DNA of 64,000 bases from contig JBBIIO010000006.1 of NCBI GenBank assembly GCA_037446435.1, positions 1,633 to 65,632 of the forward strand, given 5' to 3'. The translations under genes were made by a program, and so were the position numbers. Source of the DNA: Armatimonadota bacterium. Lineage in GTDB: Bacteria; Armatimonadota; Fimbriimonadia; Fimbriimonadales; ATM1. This document shows positions 34,097 through 42,520 of this stretch, piece after piece. Each line of letters opens with the position of its first letter. The first letter of the stretch is position 1. The notes under the pieces were generated by a model. That model did no database searches, was not told the DNA's origin, and was given only the letters and a program-made list of their open reading frames with translations.

Positions 34097-35083
34097 GTGT
34101 CACGTAAGAGGCTTCTTAGCGGCATGCAGCCCACCCAGCCCCAACTCCACCTCGGCAATCTTGAGGGGGCGCTACGGAACTGGGTCCGACTTCAAGAGGA
34201 TTACGACCTCTACTGCTGCATCGTAGATTGGCACGCGCTCACAACAATGATCGAGCGAACCGGGGAGATCTACGAGAACTCCATCGGCATCGCGACTGAC
34301 TACCTCGCTGCCGGGATAGACCCTGACCGAAGCGTCATCTTCATCCAGTCGCAAGTGAAGGAGCACGCGGAGTTGTATCTCTTGCTCAGCATGGTTACGC
34401 CTCTTGGGTGGCTTGAGCGCGTGCCCACCTACAAGGAGAAGCGCGATTCGTTGGAAGGCAAGGCGGAGGCAAGCCACGGCCTGCTGGGCTATCCCGTGCT
34501 CCAGGCGGCGGACATCCTGCTGTACAAGCCGTACGGCGTGCCCGTGGGCAAAGATCAGGTTCCCCACCTTGAACTAACGCGCGAAATAGCCCGAAGATTC
34601 AACCATCTGTACGGCGACACCTTCCCGATCATCGAGAACGTGCTGAGCGATGTTCCTATCATGATGGGAATTGACGGCAGGAAGATGAGCAAGAGTTACG
34701 ACAACGCCATCTACATCGCCGACGACGAGGACACGACCGCGAAGAAGATGATGGGGGCGTTCACCGACCCGCAGAAGATTCGCAAAGACGACCCCGGGTA
34801 CCCGGAGGGCTGCGCGATCTTCCACCTCCACGCCGTCTACAACAAGTCGAACGTCGCGACCGTCGAAGCTGAGTGCCGCGCCGGGCAGAGGGGCTGCGTT
34901 CAGTGCAAGAAGGAGGCCATTGAAGCGGTAAACGCAGCTCTCCGCCCAATTCGAGAGCGAAGGAAGGAGTGGGAACGGAACCGTGAGGGCGTTTTGACAG
35001 TCCTCAAGGAAGGCGCAGAGCGCGCCCGAGTCGTAGCCTCCGAAACGATGAAGGAGGCGCGAAGAGCGATGGGTTTGCCATGA
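34097..35083 (+). CDS. trpS: tryptophan--tRNA ligase
   Basis: 328 aa. HIGH-like LHLGNLEG, KMSKS and GYPVLQAADIL. Confidence 0.92.
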   Translation: MSRKRLLSGMQPTQPQLHLGNLEGALRNWVRLQEDYDLYCCIVDWHALTTMIERTGEIYENSIGIATDYLAAGIDPDRSVIFIQSQVKEHAELYLLLSMVTPLGWLERVPTYKEKRDSLEGKAEASHGLLGYPVLQAADILLYKPYGVPVGKDQVPHLELTREIARRFNHLYGDTFPIIENVLSDVPIMMGIDGRKMSKSYDNAIYIADDEDTTAKKMMGAFTDPQKIRKDDPGYPEGCAIFHLHAVYNKSNVATVEAECRAGQRGCVQCKKEAIEAVNAALRPIRERRKEWERNREGVLTVLKEGAERARVVASETMKEARRAMGLP

Positions 35084-35826
35084 GCAAGATTCGAGCGGTT
35101 TACTTCGACCTGGACGACACGCTTTGCGCGTACTGGAGGGCGTCGCGCCAAGCGTTGCGAGAGGCGTTCTCCGAGGCGCGCCTCTCTGCATCCGTGGACG
35201 AGGCGATGGACGCGTGGCGGCGGGTGTTCGCAACGTTCTCCGAGGAAGTCAAACGCGACCCATGGTATCAGCACTACCTCGAATCGGGCGAACCGACACG
35301 CACCGAGCACTTGCGCCGAACGCTCGCCCTGCTGAACGAGAGCGACGCCCTTGCGGAGCAGATCAGCCGCCGGTATGCCCGCCTTCGCAACGAGTACCTC
35401 ACGCTCTTCCCTGAGGCAAAGCCGGTGCTTTCCGCGCTGCGAGGCGCGTATCGACTCGGGCTCATCACAAACGGGCCTGCGGACGTGCAGCGCAGCGAAA
35501 TCGAATCGCTCTCCATCGAGGGGTACTTCGACCACATCCTCATCGAGGGCGAGATGCGCATCGGCAAGCCCGCGCGCGACATCTTCGACCTCGCCGCCAA
35601 GAAGTGGTCGTACGATCCATCCGAGATGCTTTTCGTCGGCAACTCCTTCGGCCACGACGTTGTCGGCGCAAAGAACGCGGGCTGGCAGGCGATCTGGATG
35701 AATCAAGAGGGCGAGGAGATGCCCGAAGACGCACCTGCCCAACCAGACAAGGTGATTACGAACCTGCTTGAGGTGCTCGACTACTTGGGCGTGCCGAGGC
35801 CCGAAGAGTCGAGCAAGGGCGCGTAA
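35080..35826 (+). CDS. HAD-superfamily hydrolase
   Basis: DxDxT motif (VYFDLDDTL), ITNG and VGNSFGHDV. ATGA overlap with trpS. Confidence 0.8.
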   Translation: MSKIRAVYFDLDDTLCAYWRASRQALREAFSEARLSASVDEAMDAWRRVFATFSEEVKRDPWYQHYLESGEPTRTEHLRRTLALLNESDALAEQISRRYARLRNEYLTLFPEAKPVLSALRGAYRLGLITNGPADVQRSEIESLSIEGYFDHILIEGEMRIGKPARDIFDLAAKKWSYDPSEMLFVGNSFGHDVVGAKNAGWQAIWMNQEGEEMPEDAPAQPDKVITNLLEVLDYLGVPRPEESSKGA

Positions 35827-36626
35827 AGTTCGGGCCTCCGCCCGGAGAAGAGCGGCAACTCATACTCTCCAGCGCGGATGACGGGATCCTTGACCCTCGC
35901 GAGTGAGATGTCAATCTCCGCCATGAGAATCTCCTCATCCTGATGGTCGGCGGCGGCGATGACCGCGCCGCCGGGCGCGATGATCTTGCTGTATCCCAAA
36001 AAGCGTACGCCATTCTCCTCGCCGACGCGATCTGCAGCGATCACAAACGTCTGGTTTTCGCTTGCCCTGGCGGGGCAAACACAGTTGCTCGTGAGTATCG
36101 CTCGCTCTGGCCAGTTCGTGGGTACGCAAAGGATGTCGGCGCCCTTCAATGCCAGCGTTCTCGCCGCTTCAGGTATCCGCACGTCGAAGCAGATAAGGAT
36201 GCCGATGCGGGCGCCCGGAATCTCGAAGACATCGAGAGCGTCTCCTACCTCTGCAAAGCGATCCATGCCGAGATACGGAAGGTGGGTCTTGCGATAGAAC
36301 TGCGGCTGGCTTTTCGGTACGAAGACTGCGGCAGAGTTGAACAGCGCGTCCCCCTCACGCTCCGCGAAGCCGACGACCGCGCAGATGCCCCTCTCATCGC
36401 ACGCTTGCGCGAGAGAACGAATCTCGTCGGAGTCTCGATGCAGCGCAACCGAGAGCGCCTCGTCCTTCGAGTCGAAGCAGTACCCGGTGAGCATCGCCTC
36501 GGGGAACACGACGAACTCCACCCGCTGCGACGCCAGCGAGTCGAGCAACTCCCTCACGCGGCTGACGTTTGCCGGAACGTCCGCGAACTTCGGACTGATT
36601 TGAACGGCGGCCACTTTCATCGTCAT
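35781..36626 (-). CDS. carbon-nitrogen hydrolase (nitrilase-superfamily amidase)
   Basis: Glu-Lys-Cys triad contexts VVFPEAML, YRKTHLPY and ILICFD. Confidence 0.85.
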   Translation of the reverse strand: MTMKVAAVQISPKFADVPANVSRVRELLDSLASQRVEFVVFPEAMLTGYCFDSKDEALSVALHRDSDEIRSLAQACDERGICAVVGFAEREGDALFNSAAVFVPKSQPQFYRKTHLPYLGMDRFAEVGDALDVFEIPGARIGILICFDVRIPEAARTLALKGADILCVPTNWPERAILTSNCVCPARASENQTFVIAADRVGEENGVRFLGYSKIIAPGGAVIAAADHQDEEILMAEIDISLARVKDPVIRAGEYELPLFSGRRPELYAPLLDSSGLGTPK

Positions 36627-37900
36627 ACTTCGATACGGAGCCAGTTCTCGATGCGCTCAATCATCGGCAGGTACTCGATGAGCGCGAGCGCCCTCTTTAG
36701 GTTCCCTTCCCTCGCAGGGTGCGTGAGGAAAACCAGCTCTGAGCGATTGTTCGGGAGTTCGTGCATCTCGAGGGCGGCGAGCGAGACGTCATAGTCGCCG
36801 AACGCCGAGGCAATCTGCCCCAGCGCCTTTGGCCGATCCTGCGAGGTCATCCGCACGTAGAAGCGCGCGACGGTGTCTTCGATGGCCTGCACCCCGATGG
36901 CCGGCCTCGTGGCGCCTCCCTCTGCGACGCTGGTCTCCCTACCGGCGGCGGCCGCGAGTTCCTCCAGGTCCCCGATTACGGCGCTCGCTGTCGGCCCTGC
37001 GCCTGCGCCCTTGCCGAGAAGCATCAGGTCTCCGACGAAGTCTCCCCGAATGAGCACCGCGTTGTCGGCGCCGTCCACCTTTGAAAGGGGGTTGGAGAGC
37101 GCAACCAGCGCCGGGTGTACGCGCGCCTCGATTCCGTTGCTGCCGACGCCGGCCACGGCGATCGGCTTGATTCTGTAACCCAGGATCTCGGCGAACTCGA
37201 CGTCGCGCGGCGTGACGTGCGCGATGCCCTCGCGGTGCACTTGGTCGGGCGTTACCTTTTCACCAAACGCGATGGTAACCAGAATGGCGAGCTTGCTCTG
37301 CGCGTCGAAGTTCTCAACATCGGCGGTCGGATCCGCCTCGGCGTATCCTCTCTCTTGCGCCTCTTGCAAAGCCTGCTCATATGGCGCGGCGTCGTCCGAC
37401 ATACGCGTAAGCAGGTAGTTCGTGGTTCCGTTCACGATACCGGCGATGCGCTCGATCTGATTCGCGACCAAGCGATGGCGGAGAACGGGCAGAACGGGGA
37501 TGCCTCCGCACACGGCGGCATCGTAGAGAACCTGTACTCCGCGCTCCCGCGCGAGCGCTTCGAGTTCCCTTCCGTGCCGCGCGATGAGTTCCTTGTTCGC
37601 CGTTACCACGTGCTTGCCGGACTGCAGCGCCTCTTCGATCCAAGCCTTCGCCGGCTCGATGCCGCCCATCACCTCGACGACGATGTCCACCTCCGGGTTA
37701 CAAACTACGGAGCGATGGTCTGTCGTAACCGTCGGCGGGGCAAAACTTCGATCCTTGTCGGCGTCTCGCACACACGCCACAAGCGGATGGAGCGCCCTCG
37801 TCCCGCGCGCGGCGAGGGTTTCACCGTTCTCCGCAAGCACCTGGCACACCCCCTGGCCGACCGTCCCCAAGCCGAGGAACCCGAGGTTAAGCGGCTTCAT
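36623..37900 (-). CDS. hom: homoserine dehydrogenase with C-terminal ACT domain
   Basis: 425 aa. N-terminal GLGTVGQGV NAD(P) motif. ATGA overlaps at both ends. Confidence 0.9.
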   Translation of the reverse strand: MKPLNLGFLGLGTVGQGVCQVLAENGETLAARGTRALHPLVACVRDADKDRSFAPPTVTTDHRSVVCNPEVDIVVEVMGGIEPAKAWIEEALQSGKHVVTANKELIARHGRELEALARERGVQVLYDAAVCGGIPVLPVLRHRLVANQIERIAGIVNGTTNYLLTRMSDDAAPYEQALQEAQERGYAEADPTADVENFDAQSKLAILVTIAFGEKVTPDQVHREGIAHVTPRDVEFAEILGYRIKPIAVAGVGSNGIEARVHPALVALSNPLSKVDGADNAVLIRGDFVGDLMLLGKGAGAGPTASAVIGDLEELAAAAGRETSVAEGGATRPAIGVQAIEDTVARFYVRMTSQDRPKALGQIASAFGDYDVSLAALEMHELPNNRSELVFLTHPAREGNLKRALALIEYLPMIERIENWLRIEV

Positions 37901-38310
37901 CCAGTCGTCCTAACCAGTATGATCGGATCACCCTCCTGGACGAGCGCGCCCGACTCGGCAAGCACGGCGGTGACGATACCGGCGACCGGCGACTCGACGT
38001 CGTTGAAGACTTTCATCGCCTCAATCAGCCCTATAACCTGGCCGCGCTCGATGCGGTCTCCGACCTCGACGTAGTACGGTTCGTCTGGTGAGCGTTGACG
38101 ATAGAACACACCCACCATCGGACTTGGAACGGCGACGCCGTCCGGCTCCGATTCCGCCGCCGGGGATTGCCCCACCGCGGGGGCGCCGGCGTGCGCGAGG
38201 TCGCGCCGCACCTCGATGATGCGGTCGCCATCGCGCACCCTCAGGCCCGTCAAGCCGTGCTCGTCGAGGAGGCGGACAAGGCGCTCAATCTGTTTTTTAG
38301 TGTCCGACAT
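37897..38310 (-). CDS. accB: biotin carboxyl carrier protein-like (biotinyl domain) protein
   Basis: 137 aa. The N-terminus MSDTKKQIERLVRLLDEHGLTGLRV parallels E. coli BCCP. Biotinylation motif EAMKV. No accC is adjacent. Confidence 0.8.
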   Translation of the reverse strand: MSDTKKQIERLVRLLDEHGLTGLRVRDGDRIIEVRRDLAHAGAPAVGQSPAAESEPDGVAVPSPMVGVFYRQRSPDEPYYVEVGDRIERGQVIGLIEAMKVFNDVESPVAGIVTAVLAESGALVQEGDPIILVRTTG

Positions 38311-38319
38311 AAGTAAGAG

Positions 38320-38395
38320 TGGCGCGGACGGAGGGATTCGAACCCCCGACACCCAGTTCCGAAGACTGGTGCTCTATCCACTGAGCTACGTCCGC
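38320..38395 (-). tRNA. tRNA-Arg (anticodon TCG), CCA encoded
   Basis: Manual cloverleaf: GCGGACG acceptor, GCTC-AGTGGATA-GAGC D arm, CCAGT-CTTCGGA-ACTGG anticodon arm, GGGGG-TTCGAAT-CCCTC T arm. Confidence 0.9.
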
Positions 38396-38404
38396 TTATG
38401 AGCG

Positions 38405-38410
38405 ATTCTA
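38405..38410 (-). promoter_or_regulatory. -10 box TAGAAT, 9 nt upstream of the tRNA-Arg 5' end
   Basis: Plus strand reads attcta at 38405-38410. Confidence 0.45.
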
Positions 38411-38449
38411 CCCGCCCAGAAGAGGAGGCGGAGCGGGTCGGGAATCGGA

Positions 38450-38455
38450 TATGAT
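38450..38455 (+). promoter_or_regulatory. -10 box TATGAT, 6 nt upstream of ATG 38462
   Basis: Read directly from the sequence. Geometry matches the other putative leaderless genes in this window. Confidence 0.4.
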
Positions 38456-38461
38456 TATGCC

Positions 38462-38614
38462 ATGCCTCGGAGACGCCGCTACGTGCCGCGCCCCTACTTC
38501 GGTCTGCGCCTCACTCGGAGGGGCTTCCGACCTTTTGCAGGCATCGGTTGCTGGGTATCGGCGCTGCTGGTCGGTGCGACCGCCACCGTTGCTGCATGGC
38601 TATGGGCGATTTGA
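38462..38614 (+). CDS. candidate 50-aa small membrane protein (below the ORF-track size cutoff)
   Basis: Manual translation: MPRRRRYVPRPYFGLRLTRRGFRPFAGIGCWVSALLVGATATVAAWLWAI. It has an Arg-rich N-terminal half and one C-terminal TM helix, with a leaderless-type -10 box upstream. Confidence 0.4.
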   Translation: MPRRRRYVPRPYFGLRLTRRGFRPFAGIGCWVSALLVGATATVAAWLWAI

Positions 38615-38615
38615 G

Positions 38616-38621
38616 TAGAAT
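38616..38621 (+). promoter_or_regulatory. -10 box TAGAAT, 10 nt upstream of the tRNA-Pro 5' end
   Basis: Read directly from the sequence. Confidence 0.45.
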
Positions 38622-38631
38622 CAGGCGGCGT

Positions 38632-38709
38632 CGGGGCGTGGCGCAGCCTGGATAGCGCGCTTGCATGGGGTGCAAGAGGTCGCTGGTTCGAATCCAGTCG
38701 CCCCGACCA
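38632..38709 (+). tRNA. tRNA-Pro (anticodon GGG), CCA encoded
   Basis: Manual cloverleaf: CGGGGCG acceptor, GCGC-AGCCTGGATA-GCGC D arm, CTTGC-ATGGGGT-GCAAG anticodon arm, GCTGG-TTCGAAT-CCAGT T arm. Confidence 0.9.
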
Positions 38710-38712
38710 TTC

Positions 38713-39405
38713 TTATTGGAGGGTTCTCACCTCGATGCTCCAGTCCACGATGTCGAGTCGAGGGTCGTCCACATCCCCCTCCGGCTCGATGTTCGTGTCG
38801 CTGTTGCGATAGATGCGGTCGGGCGTCATCAGAATGGTGAGGTAACTCGATATCTCGTTGATGTCCCGAGAGTTCCCCAGTGCATCCCAAGCCTTCGGGT
38901 CGCGGTCGTTTGGGTCGGTCGGAACGCGATCCATCGTCAACAGGTTCACCTGGAGCGCCTGGATGTTCATGGCGTCCACCGGATTGGGGCGCAACTGGGT
39001 GAGGTCGATCTCGAAGCGGAGCATCGTCTCGCCCGGACCGGGGGTCTGGAAACTAATCGGCAAGCCGACGAGAATCCAGGACGAGAGGTTCTCAAGGTCG
39101 GTGAACCGATAGAGCGCGTAGCCGCCGTTGGGCTGATCTCCGTCGTAGCGCACGAAGTGCGTCGCCTTGCCCGCCACGAACCCGTTGCCCCACGGCGGTG
39201 CGATTACCGGGATCGGGCCTTCCTGACCCGTCAGGTCGTCCCCGTCGCGAATCGCGAAGATGTACACGTAGTCCGGGTTCACTTCGGAGGCGAGCGTGAT
39301 GGTGAAAACGAGCCGGCGCGTTCCCTGCTGCGAGCCGCTGTCAGGGAACTTCGCACAGCCGACCGTGAGCAGCAGGACACAAGCGGCGACGGCTCGGAAG
39401 AGCAT
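38713..39405 (-). CDS. hypothetical lipoprotein
   Basis: 230 aa with signal peptide plus lipobox LLTVG-C. Family not recognised. Confidence 0.65.
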   Translation of the reverse strand: MLFRAVAACVLLLTVGCAKFPDSGSQQGTRRLVFTITLASEVNPDYVYIFAIRDGDDLTGQEGPIPVIAPPWGNGFVAGKATHFVRYDGDQPNGGYALYRFTDLENLSSWILVGLPISFQTPGPGETMLRFEIDLTQLRPNPVDAMNIQALQVNLLTMDRVPTDPNDRDPKAWDALGNSRDINEISSYLTILMTPDRIYRNSDTNIEPEGDVDDPRLDIVDWSIEVRTLQ

Positions 39406-39413
39406 CGCCTTGC

Positions 39414-39419
39414 AGCATA
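39414..39419 (-). promoter_or_regulatory. -10 box TATGCT, 8 nt upstream of ATG 39405
   Basis: Plus strand reads agcata at 39414-39419. No SD. Confidence 0.4.
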
Positions 39420-39443
39420 CCCCCGACGCGGTGCCGGGTCGTG

Positions 39444-39449
39444 TACAAT
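39444..39449 (+). promoter_or_regulatory. -10 box TACAAT, 6 nt upstream of ATG 39456
   Basis: Read directly from the sequence. This argues for ATG 39456 rather than the ORF-track GTG 39441. Confidence 0.45.
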
Positions 39450-39455
39450 CTTCCT

Positions 39456-41384
39456 ATGCCGGCTGCAATCGGCCTCGTTGCTGTTCTCGCGCCTTATGGC
39501 GGCGTATCGTACGTAGAGCGCTCGGCAGGGCTGGAGCAACCCCGAATGGAGAGAGGGAACACGGAGTTCGAGTTCGCCGACGTGAACAGCGACGGTTGGC
39601 TTGACATCCTGTCGGTTGGCGACCACGGCTCGCCTCGCATCAACTCAGAACAGCAGGGCATCATGGTCTGGTTCGGAGCGTCGGACGGGAGATGGACCCT
39701 GTTCCAAACCGGGAACTTCGGCTACGGGGGAATCGCCATCGGAGACGTCAACAACGACGGACTGCCCGATGTGGCATTCGGCGTGCACCACAACTACTCG
39801 TCGAACGACTTCGGCAACCAGGTGCTGGAGGTCGTGCTCGGCGACGGCACCGGGATGAGCTGGACGCCGTGGGACGACGGCCTCGGCCTCGACGGGCAGG
39901 ACTGGGGCATGTTCGGCACGGACTTCGCCGACGTTGACAACGATGGGTTCCTTGACGTCGGCTCGATCTCCTTCGGCTGCTGCGACGGGCTGCACGTCTA
40001 TCGCAACAATGGCGACGGAACATGGTCGCGACCCTTTGGGTTCCTCGGTGGGAACTCCTCGCTACTCTTCACCTTCGCCGAGGTGAACGGCGACGGCCAC
40101 GCGGACTTCGTGTGCGCGCACCAGAGCGGGACCGTGTGGTTCGGAGACGGCGCAGGCAACTTCATCAGGCAGGACAGCGGGCTGCCTGGCGTCCCGCAGC
40201 GACCGGGCGTCGCCGCCGGTGACGTGAACAACGACGGTCGAGACGATATCAGTTTCGTAAACGCCTCCGGCGGAGTCTCCGTTTACACATGGGATGACGC
40301 AGCGGGCACGTGGGTAGACCTCTCCGGCGCGCTTCCCTCCTCCGGAACCTTTCGCTTCACCCAGATCGCCGACATGGACGTGGACGGGGCCGCGGACATC
40401 GTTGCCATCAACACCGCAGGCGCGACCATCTACTTTGGCGACGGCGCGGGCGGCTGGACGCAAGGCCCGCGCGTCGTCCTGCCCACGAACTGCCGCCTGC
40501 TTGCGTTTCGTGCTGGATGGGACGCGGACCACAACGGTTTCCCTGATTTCGTCTACGTGGCGGAGGAGAACTGCCAGCCGTTCACCGGCGGGAGGAATCG
40601 CCCACGTTTCTTCGCTGAAGCCTCGCAGCCCAAGGCGCCGCTCCTCTTCCCCGTGTCTCCCCGTGGGGGCGAGACCTTTCGCGCGGGCGGAGTGCGGTTC
40701 TTGCGCTGGCACGCAGCGTTGACGGGGCAGCCGCCGCCTGTAGAGGTGGCCCTATCTCTCGAGGGGATCAACGGTCCCTGGATTCCCGTAAGCGCAGCCG
40801 CCGTCAACTCCGGTGTCTTCCAGTGGCGGCTGCCGCGCTTCCTTCCGTCGACGACGAACGCCGTGCTTCGCTACCGAATGGCGGGTGCCGAGGCGTTCAC
40901 GCCCGCGCCCTTCCGCATCAGCGGTAACCGAGGCGAACGCGTTCGCCCGTCGTCGTTTCAGGTAACGCGAGGGGTACTCACGACCGGCGGACTGAGTGCC
41001 GTCCTGGAGAGCGACGACTCGACGCTCCTGGTCGAGGCTCGGCGACCAACCGACGTTGCCGCTGCTTCGGCTGAGGTCGTGGTTGAGGGGGCGGCAAACG
41101 GCGGCGGCTCCCGGGTGTCTCTCGCTGTCGAAGTCGCGTCCACCGGTAGCCCGGCTGAGGTCTTGGTCGAGATGTTCGACTGGCAGGCGGGGGCGTATGT
41201 AGTGGTTGGGCGCCGCCCTGCGCCGCGGGCGGATGCCATCCTGGAGTTCACCGACCTGCCCGCGTCCCGATTCTTGCGTGGGAGCGATCGCCTCCTCCGG
41301 GCGCGGGTCGGCCTGCACGACCGCGGCGTAACCTTTCTCCAGTGGCACATGCGGTTAGACTTGGCGACGTGGGTCGTTGAGTAG
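39456..41384 (+). CDS. FG-GAP/VCBS-repeat (integrin-alpha-like beta-propeller) protein
   Basis: Repeated FADVNSDGWLD, GDVNNDGLPD, FADVDNDGFLD, FAEVNGDGHAD, GDVNNDGRDD and ADMDVDGAAD motifs, followed by a C-terminal beta-rich domain. Confidence 0.8.
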   Translation: MPAAIGLVAVLAPYGGVSYVERSAGLEQPRMERGNTEFEFADVNSDGWLDILSVGDHGSPRINSEQQGIMVWFGASDGRWTLFQTGNFGYGGIAIGDVNNDGLPDVAFGVHHNYSSNDFGNQVLEVVLGDGTGMSWTPWDDGLGLDGQDWGMFGTDFADVDNDGFLDVGSISFGCCDGLHVYRNNGDGTWSRPFGFLGGNSSLLFTFAEVNGDGHADFVCAHQSGTVWFGDGAGNFIRQDSGLPGVPQRPGVAAGDVNNDGRDDISFVNASGGVSVYTWDDAAGTWVDLSGALPSSGTFRFTQIADMDVDGAADIVAINTAGATIYFGDGAGGWTQGPRVVLPTNCRLLAFRAGWDADHNGFPDFVYVAEENCQPFTGGRNRPRFFAEASQPKAPLLFPVSPRGGETFRAGGVRFLRWHAALTGQPPPVEVALSLEGINGPWIPVSAAAVNSGVFQWRLPRFLPSTTNAVLRYRMAGAEAFTPAPFRISGNRGERVRPSSFQVTRGVLTTGGLSAVLESDDSTLLVEARRPTDVAAASAEVVVEGAANGGGSRVSLAVEVASTGSPAEVLVEMFDWQAGAYVVVGRRPAPRADAILEFTDLPASRFLRGSDRLLRARVGLHDRGVTFLQWHMRLDLATWVVE

Positions 41385-41407
41385 CCCTCCGGCACAGCGC
41401 GAGGGCG

Positions 41408-41413
41408 TAAACT
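41408..41413 (+). promoter_or_regulatory. -10-like box TAAACT, 9 nt upstream of ATG 41423 (alr)
   Basis: Read directly from the sequence. The box abuts the ORF-track GTG 41414, which makes that start unlikely. Confidence 0.35.
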
Positions 41414-41422
41414 GTGCCCCGG

Positions 41423-42520
41423 ATGAGCGAGTACCCCCGAACGTGGGCGGAAATTGACTTGAGCGCGATTCAGCACAACGTGCGCGTGCTCCGCGAGCGC
41501 TTAGGGGGAGCGCGACTCGCCGTCGTCGTGAAGGCGGACGCCTACGGGCACGGCCTCGTTCCGGCTTCGAGAGCCGCCTCAGCCGCCGGGGCGGACTGGC
41601 TTGCCGTCGCCACGGTGCACGAAGGCGCCGCCCTGCGCGAGGCGGACATCGAGGCGCCCATTCTGGTGCTGTCTCCCTTCCTCTCGATGGAAGCGGAGCA
41701 GGCGGTGTTCTATGGGCTGCGGGCTTCGGTTCAGGGCCTCGAGTCGGCGGAAGCGCTGTCGCGAGCGGCTGCGCACGTCGGTCGAGAGGTGGCGATTCAC
41801 CTGAAGGTGGACACCGGGATGCATCGCTTCGGCGCGCCGCCACAAGAAGCCGCATCGCTCGCGATCTCCATCGCAAAACTTCCTCACGTTCGACTCGAGG
41901 GCATCTGGACACACTTTGCATGGTCTGCCGGCGCGCCGGAGTTCACCGCAGAGCAGTTCGGAGCGTTCCAAGCGGCGATTGCGGCGATTCAGGACGCGGG
42001 CGTGCACGTTCCGATTCGTCACTGCAGCAACAGCGGCGCGCTGCTGAAGCACCCAGATATGACGATGGACCTCGCACGCGTCGGTATCCTCGCCTACGGC
42101 GTTAGTCACGTCCGAGGCGCCGAGCTGCCGCTTCGTCGCGCACTCACCTGGAAGAGTCGCATCATGGCGATCCGCCGCGTTCCAAAAGGAGATACGGTTG
42201 GCTACAACATGACCTGGCGAGCAGACCGCGACTCGAGCATCGCAACGGTGGGCATCGGCTACGGCGACGGCTACCATCGCCTGTTGAGCAACCAGGGATG
42301 GATGATGATCAAGGGGAGTCCCGCGCCGGTACGCGGCTTGGTGTGCATGGATCAGGTGATGGTAGACGTAACGGAGATTCCGGACTCGCAAGTCGGAGAC
42401 GAGGTCACGCTCATCGGCGAAGGAGTTGCGGCGGAGCAGATCGCAGAACTCGTAGGCACGACGCCGCATGAGATCACCACGCGCATCATGTCTCGCGTTC
42501 CAAGACAATATATCTACTGA
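41423..42520 (+). CDS. alr: alanine racemase
   Basis: PLP-lysine motif VVKADAYGHG and the usual C-terminal domain. An alternative start is GTG 41414. Confidence 0.9.
   Translation: MSEYPRTWAEIDLSAIQHNVRVLRERLGGARLAVVVKADAYGHGLVPASRAASAAGADWLAVATVHEGAALREADIEAPILVLSPFLSMEAEQAVFYGLRASVQGLESAEALSRAAAHVGREVAIHLKVDTGMHRFGAPPQEAASLAISIAKLPHVRLEGIWTHFAWSAGAPEFTAEQFGAFQAAIAAIQDAGVHVPIRHCSNSGALLKHPDMTMDLARVGILAYGVSHVRGAELPLRRALTWKSRIMAIRRVPKGDTVGYNMTWRADRDSSIATVGIGYGDGYHRLLSNQGWMMIKGSPAPVRGLVCMDQVMVDVTEIPDSQVGDEVTLIGEGVAAEQIAELVGTTPHEITTRIMSRVPRQYIY

Noticed and set aside
38451-38619. Alternative-frame 55-aa ORF starting at ATG 38451 in the tRNA-Arg / tRNA-Pro spacer
   Set aside because: It is less protein-like (no hydrophobic core) and its ATG overlaps the TATGAT box. 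The 38462 frame is preferred.
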